Shown here: positions 1-8,740 of the stretch, one piece after another
Layout: every line of letters begins with the position of its first letter
Numbering within the stretch: position 1 is the first letter of the stretch
Origin: Eubacteriales bacterium
GTDB taxonomy: Bacteria; Bacillota; Clostridia; Christensenellales; JAWKQI01
Length of the DNA stretch: 64,000 nt
Reading direction: 5' to 3'
Assembly (NCBI GenBank): GCA_041390245.1
Contig: JAWKQI010000006.1
Location: forward strand, 19,968 to 83,967
Program-made: the position numbers and the translations under genes
The notes under the pieces: model-generated
Database searches by the model: none
What the model saw: only the letters and a program-made list of their open reading frames with translations
Told to the model about the DNA's origin: nothing

Positions 1-51
1 TGTAGTAATATAATTTCTGTAAGATCATTTTTTATAAACTATGGTGACAGA

Positions 52-951
52 ATGAATAAGTTTCCAGATTTAACTCGATGGTTTAATGTTACTACATATT
101 GCGATTTTAATGATTGTAGAAAAATAGAAATTAACATGAAAAGCGGCCTTACATATCAAGACATTAATTCTTTTTGTAATGAATTTGCAAAATACTTATG
201 CCGCATTCGTTGTCCTCAAAGTGCTCATCTCAATATAATGATAAAGTCTATTGATTCCGGTTGTGATATAGAGACAGAAGAAAAAGCATTTTGGAGAAAT
301 ATATTCTTTCGTGGTTTTATTAGTCAAGAAAAGTTCAACGGATATGGGGATTATACAAAATCGTTCGATGATGATGCAATTTTAGGGTACATAGGTGAAG
401 CATTATATTATGTTGTTCGTGCACAAATATTAGAAGATGAAAAAGTATGTATAGAACCATCAAGACCAAAATTTTATTCAAAGGATACGGGCATAGATTT
501 TTTGGAAATCAGGAAAGAAACTTCTGGCTATTATATGATTATTGGTGAAATTAAGGCTACAAAAAATACTATCAGTTCCCGGGCAAAGGAGATAATTGAA
601 TCATTTAAACTACGTGCTGATAAGAATTTTTCTGAGCTATGTGTAGCTTTACAAGATCGCCATATTCCTGTTGATAATCTAGAATTATCCGAATTTATTA
701 GTAATATGTGCGATCTTTTTTATCATATTGGACAAAAGCCCTCACTTCAAAAACGCTATGGTGGAATTATAAACTATAATTTCCGTGGACAAAAAATAAG
801 AGATTCTGCATTTCATGATTTCAAGGAACAATTAACTGGAAAAGTTGCAGATGAAAACTGTTGTAGGAGATTAGCTTTGGTTGGTATATATAATATTGAA
901 AATATTATTGATCAAGTGAGAGATACAATATGGAACAAAATAGTTACTTGA
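52..951 (+). CDS. hamA: HamA-like DUF1837 protein with putative D-ExK (PD-(D/E)xK-type) nuclease core; Hachiman effector candidate
   Basis: 299-aa ORF whose end overlaps the downstream helicase start by 22 nt. Motif series GYIGEAL (E116), GIDFLEI (D149), IIGEIKATKN (E166-x-K168) resembles the GE...GxD...GExK pattern of DUF1837/HamA. AT-rich coding sequence. Confidence 0.55.
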   Translation: MNKFPDLTRWFNVTTYCDFNDCRKIEINMKSGLTYQDINSFCNEFAKYLCRIRCPQSAHLNIMIKSIDSGCDIETEEKAFWRNIFFRGFISQEKFNGYGDYTKSFDDDAILGYIGEALYYVVRAQILEDEKVCIEPSRPKFYSKDTGIDFLEIRKETSGYYMIIGEIKATKNTISSRAKEIIESFKLRADKNFSELCVALQDRHIPVDNLELSEFISNMCDLFYHIGQKPSLQKRYGGIINYNFRGQKIRDSAFHDFKEQLTGKVADENCCRRLALVGIYNIENIIDQVRDTIWNKIVT

Positions 952-3900
952 ATACATTATTTAAAGACTTTACATCTCTTCTAGATAGTGAGAATGATTT
1001 TTCTATTATAGAAAATGCACTTCGAGAAATTCATTTTGAATTGATTAGAAGAGATTTATTTAATATTCCAAACAGAGAAAAGGAAATTATAGACGATTAT
1101 ACCGTACTAAGCAAAATAGGCTTTTATTTTATTACAAAAATTGCAGATAAAAAATCGAACTTATTTGCTAATACCGCTATCAAAAATCAAGCATTAGAAT
1201 TAGCGGGTTTTTGTTTTGAAATGCTAAGCAAGTCTTCAGCAATTAATGAAGCTTTACATTGGGAATATTCTTTATTATCTGGAATTAGTTATTCACTATC
1301 TGAGAAACAGGCTAATGCAATCGTTATGGCTAATAGCGCTCTTGGGCTTTATCATTCAGAAAATATCGCAATAAACTGTATGCTTTATTTTATTGCAAGG
1401 CGATTTAAAGATATTCGGAAAATGCACATCCCCACTCAGGCAGAAAAGGACGTTATTACAGTTTTAACAAGCATAAAACACTTTGCAGATTCAATGTTAT
1501 ATAGAAATTCCCGCAAAGATGAGATCGAGAAGCTTCGTGAAGCTTATGAACGTTTATATATGACGGGCTCTTCATTATTCTATTATTTACGTCTTATATA
1601 TCTTGTTGCTATAGAGATGGATAGAGGTGCAATTAGAAATTTATTATCAAGTCATCCCAACCTTGAGCCATATATAAGTGTTCTTACGCAGATTGATACT
1701 AAAAACGTTTACGAGTTGTGGGCATCACAGCTTTTTCTTCTTCATCCTGATAATTCATTGCTTTCAAACGATGACCGCATCCCCCTAGTGTCTATGCCAA
1801 CAAGTGCTGGAAAAACTTTAATTGCTGAGCTTGCAATATTTAATGTATTATCACAGAATAGTGGCTTGGCTATTTATGTTGTTCCCTCAATCGCTTTGAC
1901 TAATGAAATTGAAAATAATTTCTTTAAGCGTTTTCATAAGGTTGGAATTAAAGTGCGTAAAGAGATTCCAGACACAGAAGAAGTGGATACTGATACCTTA
2001 TTGGCAGAGTCTACCATCCTGGTCTTAACGCCTGAAAAACTCGACTTATTAATACGTAAAAGGCCTGTCTTAATGTCGACTATACAGATTATCGTATTTG
2101 ATGAATTTCACAAGGTATCTGCTAATGAACGTGGCTGGCTTTTAGAAACATTAATTGCGTGGTTTATACTATTTAAAGGAGAATACAAATATAAAGTTGT
2201 CCTAATGTCTGCTATTCTTAGTCACGTAAACAAGTGTATAGACAATTCACTTATTGATATTATTTATAGTGATTGGACTCCGACAAGAAAATTATATGGT
2301 CTATATTATTTGCCTATCAAATCTCAAATAATTTATGCAAAATCAAAGGTTAAAAAACAGTCCATAATTAAAGAGCCATATAATTTATGTTTAAGATATA
2401 ACTCAAAAAATAAAGACATTGCTCATATTTTTAATAAGGTTAGTTATGGCAAGAAAACGGTAGACGGAGTTGATGCAACCAAATCTGATACAAAATATGA
2501 TTTATGTTGGAGAGCCATTATTGGTTTATCTGAACGCCCTGTTTTAATCTATTTCTTTGCAAAGAAAGATATAAAGAGTTTCATCAAGCGAGCTCCCAAG
2601 TATTTATCGCCTGATAATAATGTAGAGCTGAATAATCTAATTACCACTGTTCAAAAACAATTAGGGAAAGATCATTTGCTATGCAAATATTTGAATTTTG
2701 GAATTGGCTTTCATACTGGCGATTTACCTGAGGATGTTAGAGCTTCAATTGAAAATGCATATAAAAATGGGGTTATAAAAATACTTGCGTGTACAACAAC
2801 TCTTGCCGATGGTATAAATTTACCTGTGAGCACATTTATAGTTGGATCGTACATGTCAAATAATAATTATATTAGCGATAGCGATTATAAGAACATTATT
2901 GGACGAATTGGCCGAGCATTAATTGATACGGAGGGAAAAATATTTTTAATTCGTCCACCAGAATGCTACACAGTTACCGATAAGAAGACTTTAAACAGAT
3001 TTGTTTTTCCGGAAAAAATTGAGACACCATTAAAAAGTACACTAGATAATATTTTGCCGTCGGACGTAGAGTCGATAATTAATTGTTTAGAAGATGCTGA
3101 ACTGGATGGGACTTTGACGATTCGGGAATTAGCTTTAAATGTTTTAGACCGTATACAAGTCTTCATTTTTTCTGTCTACGAAACTGCAGCAGATACTACA
3201 TTTGATGCGTTTTGGGAACAATACAAAAACTGTTTTTTTATTAATGTAAAAGAAACAGGTTCCTTATTTTTAACTGCCGCAGCACGAAAATATTTTTATT
3301 CTGCTGTAAGGATAAATGCAGAACTTCTTTCAAAATACAATAAGACAGGGCTATCATATCGGTCAAATCTAAAACTGTCAGACATCGCTACTAATATACC
3401 TGTAAGCTTTGATCTTGATGAGATTATATCTGAAGAAATATTTAACAATATAATCACCTGCAAGGAGTTTAAGCCCTCCATTGCAACCATAAACCACTTT
3501 GCAATATTCAAATCTTGGATTAGCGGAGAAGCATATTATTCAATTCGGGAAAAATATTTTGCAGAGTATAATAATGAGGATGCTACACAAAAATGCACGG
3601 CTTATATCAGAGAAATGTTCCAATATAAATTACCTTGGGCTTTTAGTTCTTTGCTTGTATTTTGCGGTAACTTCGTAAGCTCATTGATTGGTACATTACC
3701 GCAAGAAATTAAGTATGGTACGACTAATCTTAATGCAATAGAACTTTGTGTTGGTGGCATTAATTCCCGTGAGCTGTCTATTGCTATTGCTAATGCTTAT
3801 GACAATGATCTTGATAAAGAGGCCGGCGGTATAGAAGAATGGTTAGTAACATTACCGCAAGATAAATTGAAAACTATATTGGACAAATCCTTTGATTATA

Positions 3901-4259
3901 TTTCCCTAAGCCAGGTTTCAAAATATCGTTCCGTAAGAAGGACAAAGACTTTTGAAATAAAGAAAACCGGCTATCTGGATTGTAATATCGCAGGCTTATT
4001 TTATTATAAATTTCAAGACGCATACAATAATAATGCTCTTAATATTAGCTCCATTGTTCTCTTGGAACAAGACGTCAAAAACTCATATGATATCTACGCT
4101 GTAAAAGTATTTACAAGTGATCATCAATATCATCTGGGATATGTCCCAGCTCAATATTCAGAAGAAATATTCGATCTACTTGAAAGTGAAATGAATGTAT
4201 ACGCAGTTGTTCAATTCATCTCTGCATATAAACTATCCATAAAAATATTATGCAAATAG
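930..4259 (+). CDS. hamB: HamB-like superfamily-2 DExH helicase with C-terminal HIRAN-like domain
   Basis: 1109-aa ORF. Helicase motifs: MPTSAGKT (Walker A, nt 1794-1817), VFDEFH (motif II, nt 2100-2111), LACTTTLADGINLP, GRIGRA (motif VI, nt 2901-2918). Last ~90 aa (NIAGLFYYKF...VLLEQDVKNSYDIYAVKVF...HLGYVPAQYSEEIFDLLE) fit the HIRAN pattern. Confidence 0.7.
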   Translation: MEQNSYLNTLFKDFTSLLDSENDFSIIENALREIHFELIRRDLFNIPNREKEIIDDYTVLSKIGFYFITKIADKKSNLFANTAIKNQALELAGFCFEMLSKSSAINEALHWEYSLLSGISYSLSEKQANAIVMANSALGLYHSENIAINCMLYFIARRFKDIRKMHIPTQAEKDVITVLTSIKHFADSMLYRNSRKDEIEKLREAYERLYMTGSSLFYYLRLIYLVAIEMDRGAIRNLLSSHPNLEPYISVLTQIDTKNVYELWASQLFLLHPDNSLLSNDDRIPLVSMPTSAGKTLIAELAIFNVLSQNSGLAIYVVPSIALTNEIENNFFKRFHKVGIKVRKEIPDTEEVDTDTLLAESTILVLTPEKLDLLIRKRPVLMSTIQIIVFDEFHKVSANERGWLLETLIAWFILFKGEYKYKVVLMSAILSHVNKCIDNSLIDIIYSDWTPTRKLYGLYYLPIKSQIIYAKSKVKKQSIIKEPYNLCLRYNSKNKDIAHIFNKVSYGKKTVDGVDATKSDTKYDLCWRAIIGLSERPVLIYFFAKKDIKSFIKRAPKYLSPDNNVELNNLITTVQKQLGKDHLLCKYLNFGIGFHTGDLPEDVRASIENAYKNGVIKILACTTTLADGINLPVSTFIVGSYMSNNNYISDSDYKNIIGRIGRALIDTEGKIFLIRPPECYTVTDKKTLNRFVFPEKIETPLKSTLDNILPSDVESIINCLEDAELDGTLTIRELALNVLDRIQVFIFSVYETAADTTFDAFWEQYKNCFFINVKETGSLFLTAAARKYFYSAVRINAELLSKYNKTGLSYRSNLKLSDIATNIPVSFDLDEIISEEIFNNIITCKEFKPSIATINHFAIFKSWISGEAYYSIREKYFAEYNNEDATQKCTAYIREMFQYKLPWAFSSLLVFCGNFVSSLIGTLPQEIKYGTTNLNAIELCVGGINSRELSIAIANAYDNDLDKEAGGIEEWLVTLPQDKLKTILDKSFDYISLSQVSKYRSVRRTKTFEIKKTGYLDCNIAGLFYYKFQDAYNNNALNISSIVLLEQDVKNSYDIYAVKVFTSDHQYHLGYVPAQYSEEIFDLLESEMNVYAVVQFISAYKLSIKILCK

Positions 4260-4381
4260 TTTTCAAATGAAAAATGACACAACCCTAAGGATATAAAGTT
4301 GAATAGTAAGGTAATTTATAGTAAACTTAATCTATTAAGATAATTCGATATATGATTGTATAAACAGAGGCCTATATAGTA

Positions 4382-4831
4382 ATGGAAATTTCTATTCCCA
4401 CTGATGATGAAGGGTATGTTCTTCTAAAATGTTCTAAATGCGGGAGTTATTTTAAAATTACTCCAACCGATTACGAAGATAATAAATTGCTATTCATTTA
4501 TTGTCCAAGTTGTGGTTTAAGTAGCGATAATTATATTACAGAAGATGTTTTGGAATTGGCAATAGCTATGATTAAAAATGTTGAGGTGGAGTTAATTTAT
4601 AGTGAGATGAAAAAATGGGAAAGACAATTAAGCAATGAAATGGTGACATTTAAAGTAGGGCGAAAACCTAGCCAAGAACCAGAAAATCCTATTAGGTCTA
4701 GTATAGAAGCGTTAGTAATCAAACATTTTCGGTGTTGTAATCGAGATGCAAAAATAAAACCGATGTTGAAATTCACTGGTTGTTACTGCCCATTTTGCGG
4801 AGTGAAAGAATATGAAGTTGAATGTGATTGA
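4382..4831 (+). CDS. Hypothetical double zinc-ribbon protein (orphan, defence-islet associated)
   Basis: 149-aa ORF. Cysteines: C17-x2-C20 and C41-x2-C44 (N-terminal ribbon); C118-C119 and C134-x-C136-x2-C139 (C-terminal knuckles). Helical middle. Preceded by a 122-bp gap with a possible TTGAAT-17-TAAACT promoter (4299-4327). Confidence 0.6.
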   Translation: MEISIPTDDEGYVLLKCSKCGSYFKITPTDYEDNKLLFIYCPSCGLSSDNYITEDVLELAIAMIKNVEVELIYSEMKKWERQLSNEMVTFKVGRKPSQEPENPIRSSIEALVIKHFRCCNRDAKIKPMLKFTGCYCPFCGVKEYEVECD

Positions 4832-5600
4832 GCTTAAAAAAGTTATGTATGATTTTAACAGCATATCGAATCGCTTGATGCAGGCGAATTTCGCGGATTA
4901 TACTGATGTACTAATTAAATTTGTAGCCTATATTATAGGAAATGAACTGATACTTACATATATCACCGACTGTGGAAATATAGAGTTTGATGTAAAGGAA
5001 GAGTATCTAGAAGTCTCATCAAGTCGTGGAAATGCGATTTTTTCACTTGGAGAAAGTGATGCCGAAGAAGTCAGAAATGTTTATGCTATATTAAGCTATA
5101 TTGCAGACAACAAGAAGGAAATATATAATAACGTTGCAAAGGGGTATGCGAACTCGAATAAGTATCAAGATATGATTAAGGGATTCAATGATCGTTTTGT
5201 TATGGTATTGATTCGTCATATTGAACGATATTTAACCAAGATAGGAATTGATATGGGAATGGATGAAAGTGTAAGATACTCTATAACTGTATCAAACGGA
5301 CAAGTTAATATTGCTAACGACAACGCCACAATTAATGCCACAAACAATAGTGGAATTGATTCTGAACGCTTATCTCTGCTTATAAATGCCGTTAAAACAG
5401 AATTAAACAGCTTGTCCTCTGCTGACCAAGAATCAGCTTCAGATAGTTTAGCGGTTATTGAACAAGAATTGCAGACAGAAAAACCCCGTAAGAATTTTAT
5501 CAGAACAGCCCTCTCTGGATTGGAAATATTAAAAGGCTCAACTGAATTTGGTGCTGCTGTTGTCACACTAGTTACTTTTGTTCAACAAATTATCTCGTAA
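4812..5600 (+). CDS. Hypothetical protein, Asn-rich linker and C-terminal hydrophobic segment (orphan)
   Basis: 262-aa ORF. Its ATG overlaps the upstream gene end by 20 nt, with GGAG 9 nt upstream. No motif recognised. Contains NGQVNIANDNATINATNNSG, then a helical region, and ends in FGAAVVTLVTFVQQIIS. Confidence 0.55.
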   Translation: MKLNVIELKKVMYDFNSISNRLMQANFADYTDVLIKFVAYIIGNELILTYITDCGNIEFDVKEEYLEVSSSRGNAIFSLGESDAEEVRNVYAILSYIADNKKEIYNNVAKGYANSNKYQDMIKGFNDRFVMVLIRHIERYLTKIGIDMGMDESVRYSITVSNGQVNIANDNATINATNNSGIDSERLSLLINAVKTELNSLSSADQESASDSLAVIEQELQTEKPRKNFIRTALSGLEILKGSTEFGAAVVTLVTFVQQIIS

Positions 5601-5700
5601 AACCCCTCTTAATAGCATTTGAGGTGAAAAAAAGAGGATATCCTTTTCTGGAAAGCCCCTTATATATGTAACAGTTTCAACTCTTTTTTCTATAAGCTAG

Positions 5701-5877
5701 TCACCAATGACAGGTAGAATATCCTATGCTTAAAAATATAGGCTTGTCCTCTGCCTTGGCCTTTTTAAACGCTTCTTTACCCCAAGGATACCAGTTTACC
5801 GGATTATACGCATGCTGAAGAAGGTAAGGTGATTTCTCATCTATTAATTTATTTGGTGTTTTGTTATTACCAATCAT
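5701..5877 (-). pseudogene. Truncated N-terminal fragment of a DUF255/YyaL-type thioredoxin-domain protein
   Basis: Own translation of the - strand gives [58 protein letters not shown], then TGA. The family normally continues ...CHWCHVM... for about 600 more residues. The ORF is below the track length cutoff. Confidence 0.75.
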
Positions 5878-6099
5878 GGCGTCACCTGCTTGTATGTAGG
5901 ATTTTAATAATTTTAGTATTATCTTATCATAATTAAATAATGCAGTTTATAAATTTTAGATGGAATAAAGAAATAGATTATTTATTAGAAACTTTTAAAA
6001 TTAATAGCCTGTTTTCGTAAATTGTTCCAAATTAAGCAGATATTTATCCCTTTAGAAGAAAGCGTCACTGTGAACGTATGTAGCTCCATCCTTTTTCCA

Positions 6100-7344
6100 T
6101 TATATCGAATCATCCTCATTAAGCGCTAGCTTTGCAGCCGGAAACGGCTCCAGTGCACGTGGAAGAATCCCCATCACATATGCTATAAGCACTCCGTAAT
6201 TCGTTATGAAAACTCCCTGTTCACGTGCCTTTTCTACTCGGTACTGCATCTCTCTGCGCCCCAGCATACAGCCTCCGCAGTGGACTATTACAGCATACTC
6301 AGTTATATCCTTAGGATAGCAAGCTCCAGATGCCCATTCAAACTGTATGTCCCCGCCCGCAATCTGGCGTATCCAGCGCGGTATTTTAACTTTGCCGATA
6401 TCATCCGATTGCCGGTGATGCGTACATCCCTCTACAATCAATACCTTATCTCCCGGAGCCAGCCTTTCAATACGCCTTATCCCCCGCACCATTTCCGCAA
6501 GGTCTCCTTTTTGCCTCGCGAACAATATGGAAAAAGAAGTCATCGGGATACTGTCCGGTGTATCGGCTGCCACCTTTAAAAATGCCTGCGAATCTGTTAT
6601 GACCATAGCCGGCGGATCTTTAAGGCGCTCAATTGTCAGCTTTAATTCGTGTTCCTTCGTTACTATTGCCATCGCATCGCACTCTATTATGTCGCGGATC
6701 GTCTGCTGTTGTGGTAAAATAAGCCGGCCTTTAGGTGCAGCTTTGTCTATTGGCGTAACCAGCACTACCATATCCCCAGAATGAATTAAATCTCCTACTA
6801 ACGCAGGCTCTACATCCTCAAAATTCGAATTTGCTACAATCTGCTTTTTAGCCTCGCCGATACCAAACCCAGTCTGTGTGCTGACGCAGGCAACAGGTAT
6901 GCCAACCATTTGTTTAATCTTTTTGAGATCAGCCGCAGATGGAGCTTTACTGTCACATTTATTAAGTATTAAAATGCTATTAATCTTACGACGCCTAAGC
7001 TGCTCTATAAATTCTATTTCAAGTTTCGTAACACCCATATTCACGTCCACGACGACCAGAGCCAAGTTACATTTTCGCAGCACTTCATATGTCTTCTCTA
7101 TGCGCAGTTTACCAAGATCGCCAATATCATCCAGCCCCGCAGTATCAATAAATACTACCGGCCCAAGTGGTAAAAGTTCCATCGTTTTGTAAACCGGGTC
7201 TGTCGTCGTGCCTGCCACCTCAGATATAACTGCAATATCCTGCCCCGTAAGTGCATTTATAAGAGAGGATTTCCCGGCATTTCGCTTGCCGAAAAGCCCT
7301 ATCGCAAATCTATTCGCCATAGGCGTTGCATTCAAGTCTTGCAT
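6100..7344 (-). CDS. hydF: [FeFe]-hydrogenase H-cluster maturation GTPase HydF
   Basis: 414 aa. G1 motif GKRNAGKSS, then TTD and DTAG. C-terminal cluster motif EGCTHH...HCGGC. Lies in the operon with hydE and hydG. Confidence 0.92.
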   Translation of the reverse strand: MQDLNATPMANRFAIGLFGKRNAGKSSLINALTGQDIAVISEVAGTTTDPVYKTMELLPLGPVVFIDTAGLDDIGDLGKLRIEKTYEVLRKCNLALVVVDVNMGVTKLEIEFIEQLRRRKINSILILNKCDSKAPSAADLKKIKQMVGIPVACVSTQTGFGIGEAKKQIVANSNFEDVEPALVGDLIHSGDMVVLVTPIDKAAPKGRLILPQQQTIRDIIECDAMAIVTKEHELKLTIERLKDPPAMVITDSQAFLKVAADTPDSIPMTSFSILFARQKGDLAEMVRGIRRIERLAPGDKVLIVEGCTHHRQSDDIGKVKIPRWIRQIAGGDIQFEWASGACYPKDITEYAVIVHCGGCMLGRREMQYRVEKAREQGVFITNYGVLIAYVMGILPRALEPFPAAKLALNEDDSI

Positions 7345-7345
7345 C

Positions 7346-8740
7346 TTATTTCTCCTTAAATCTGTCAGGCGATGTCAGCCTTTCAGGCCTGAATATTTCG
7401 TCTAGAGTCTTTTCATCCATTAGTTGTTTCTTAAGCACCACTTCACGTACTGTACGGCCCGTTTTTTGACATATAGCCGCCACTTCCGCCGCTTTATCGT
7501 AGCCAATATATCCTGTCAACGCCGTTGCGAGTATATAGCTACCGTATACTTTACCCGTACACTGCTTGATGTTGGCTTCAATACCACTAATACACCTTTC
7601 AATGAACAAAGGCAGCATATTTAATAGCAAATCTAACATTTCCAGCAAATTTTTAGCAATAAGCGGCATAAACGCATTAAGTTCAAGTTGCCCGGCCTGT
7701 GCTGAAAGCGTTACCGCCATATCATCTGCCATTATCTGAAACGCGACCTGGTTCATGGCTTCGCAGATTACTGGGTTGACCTTCCCGGGCATTATAGATG
7801 AGCCAGCCTGTACTGCCGGTAGCTTGATTTCGCCAATGCCAGCAAGTGGCCCTGATGATAACAACCGCAGATCATTTGCAATCTTGTTTAAACTCACTGC
7901 CGCTGCCTTTAATAGACCTGATACCTCGACGAATACATCGCAGTTCTGCGTTGGGTCTATCATAAATTCAGCGCGTGCAAGGCCTATGCCAGTCAGCCTT
8001 CTTAAACGCTCTATCATAGTAAAAATATATTCCTTTGGTGCATTTAGCCCTGTGCCAACAGCAGTGCCGCCGATACCCACCTGGCGGAGCCTCTCCTCAG
8101 CTTTATATAGCCTCCACCTGTCCCGTGCAATCGCCTGAGCCCATGCACCGAACTCCTGCCCAAGAGTCACCGGAACTGCGTCTTGCATCTCCGTCCTGCC
8201 GACTTTGACGACCGTCGAAAACTCCTCTTCCTTCTCCTGCAGCGCTGTCTGCAGCATTGCAAACTGTTCGGTCACTGGCTTTAAGAGTCGTATCGCTGCG
8301 ATACGCACTGCCGTTGGGAATACATCGTTAGTAGACTGGTGCATATTAACGTGGTCCAGCGGATGTACGATAGAATAATCGCCTTTTTTCCCCCCAAGCT
8401 TCTCTATTGCACGGTTTGCAATAACCTCATTTACGTTCATATTGGCAGATGTTCCTGCCCCGCCCTGCATAGAATCTACTACAAACTGGTCTGATAGCTC
8501 CCCTGCAAGTATCTCATCGCATGATGTAATAATAGCATCAGCAATCTCTTTATTTAACGCCCCAATATCACGGTTGGTAATAGCTGCTGCCTTCTTAACG
8601 GTCACCAGCGCACTTACTAATTCGGCGTGAATAGGTGTCCCAGTAATATTAAAATTTTTTATAGCACGCTCCGTATGGATACCGTAATAAGCATCGTCTT
8701 CAATTGAAAGCGTACCAAGCATATCATGTTCAGTTCTCAT
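7346..8740 (-). CDS. aspA: Aspartate ammonia-lyase (fumarate-lyase superfamily) embedded in the hyd maturase operon
   Basis: 464 aa. Signature QAGSSIMPGKVNPV. Aspartase-like N-terminus DMLGTLSIEDDAYYGIHTERAIKNFNITG. 4-nt overlap with hydE and a 1-nt gap to hydF. Confidence 0.8.
   Translation of the reverse strand: MRTEHDMLGTLSIEDDAYYGIHTERAIKNFNITGTPIHAELVSALVTVKKAAAITNRDIGALNKEIADAIITSCDEILAGELSDQFVVDSMQGGAGTSANMNVNEVIANRAIEKLGGKKGDYSIVHPLDHVNMHQSTNDVFPTAVRIAAIRLLKPVTEQFAMLQTALQEKEEEFSTVVKVGRTEMQDAVPVTLGQEFGAWAQAIARDRWRLYKAEERLRQVGIGGTAVGTGLNAPKEYIFTMIERLRRLTGIGLARAEFMIDPTQNCDVFVEVSGLLKAAAVSLNKIANDLRLLSSGPLAGIGEIKLPAVQAGSSIMPGKVNPVICEAMNQVAFQIMADDMAVTLSAQAGQLELNAFMPLIAKNLLEMLDLLLNMLPLFIERCISGIEANIKQCTGKVYGSYILATALTGYIGYDKAAEVAAICQKTGRTVREVVLKKQLMDEKTLDEIFRPERLTSPDRFKEK

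Noticed and set aside
1-51. Promoter of the hamA-like gene (TATAAT at 9-14)
   Set aside because: The -35 region would lie outside the window, and a lone TATAAT in AT-rich DNA is not informative.
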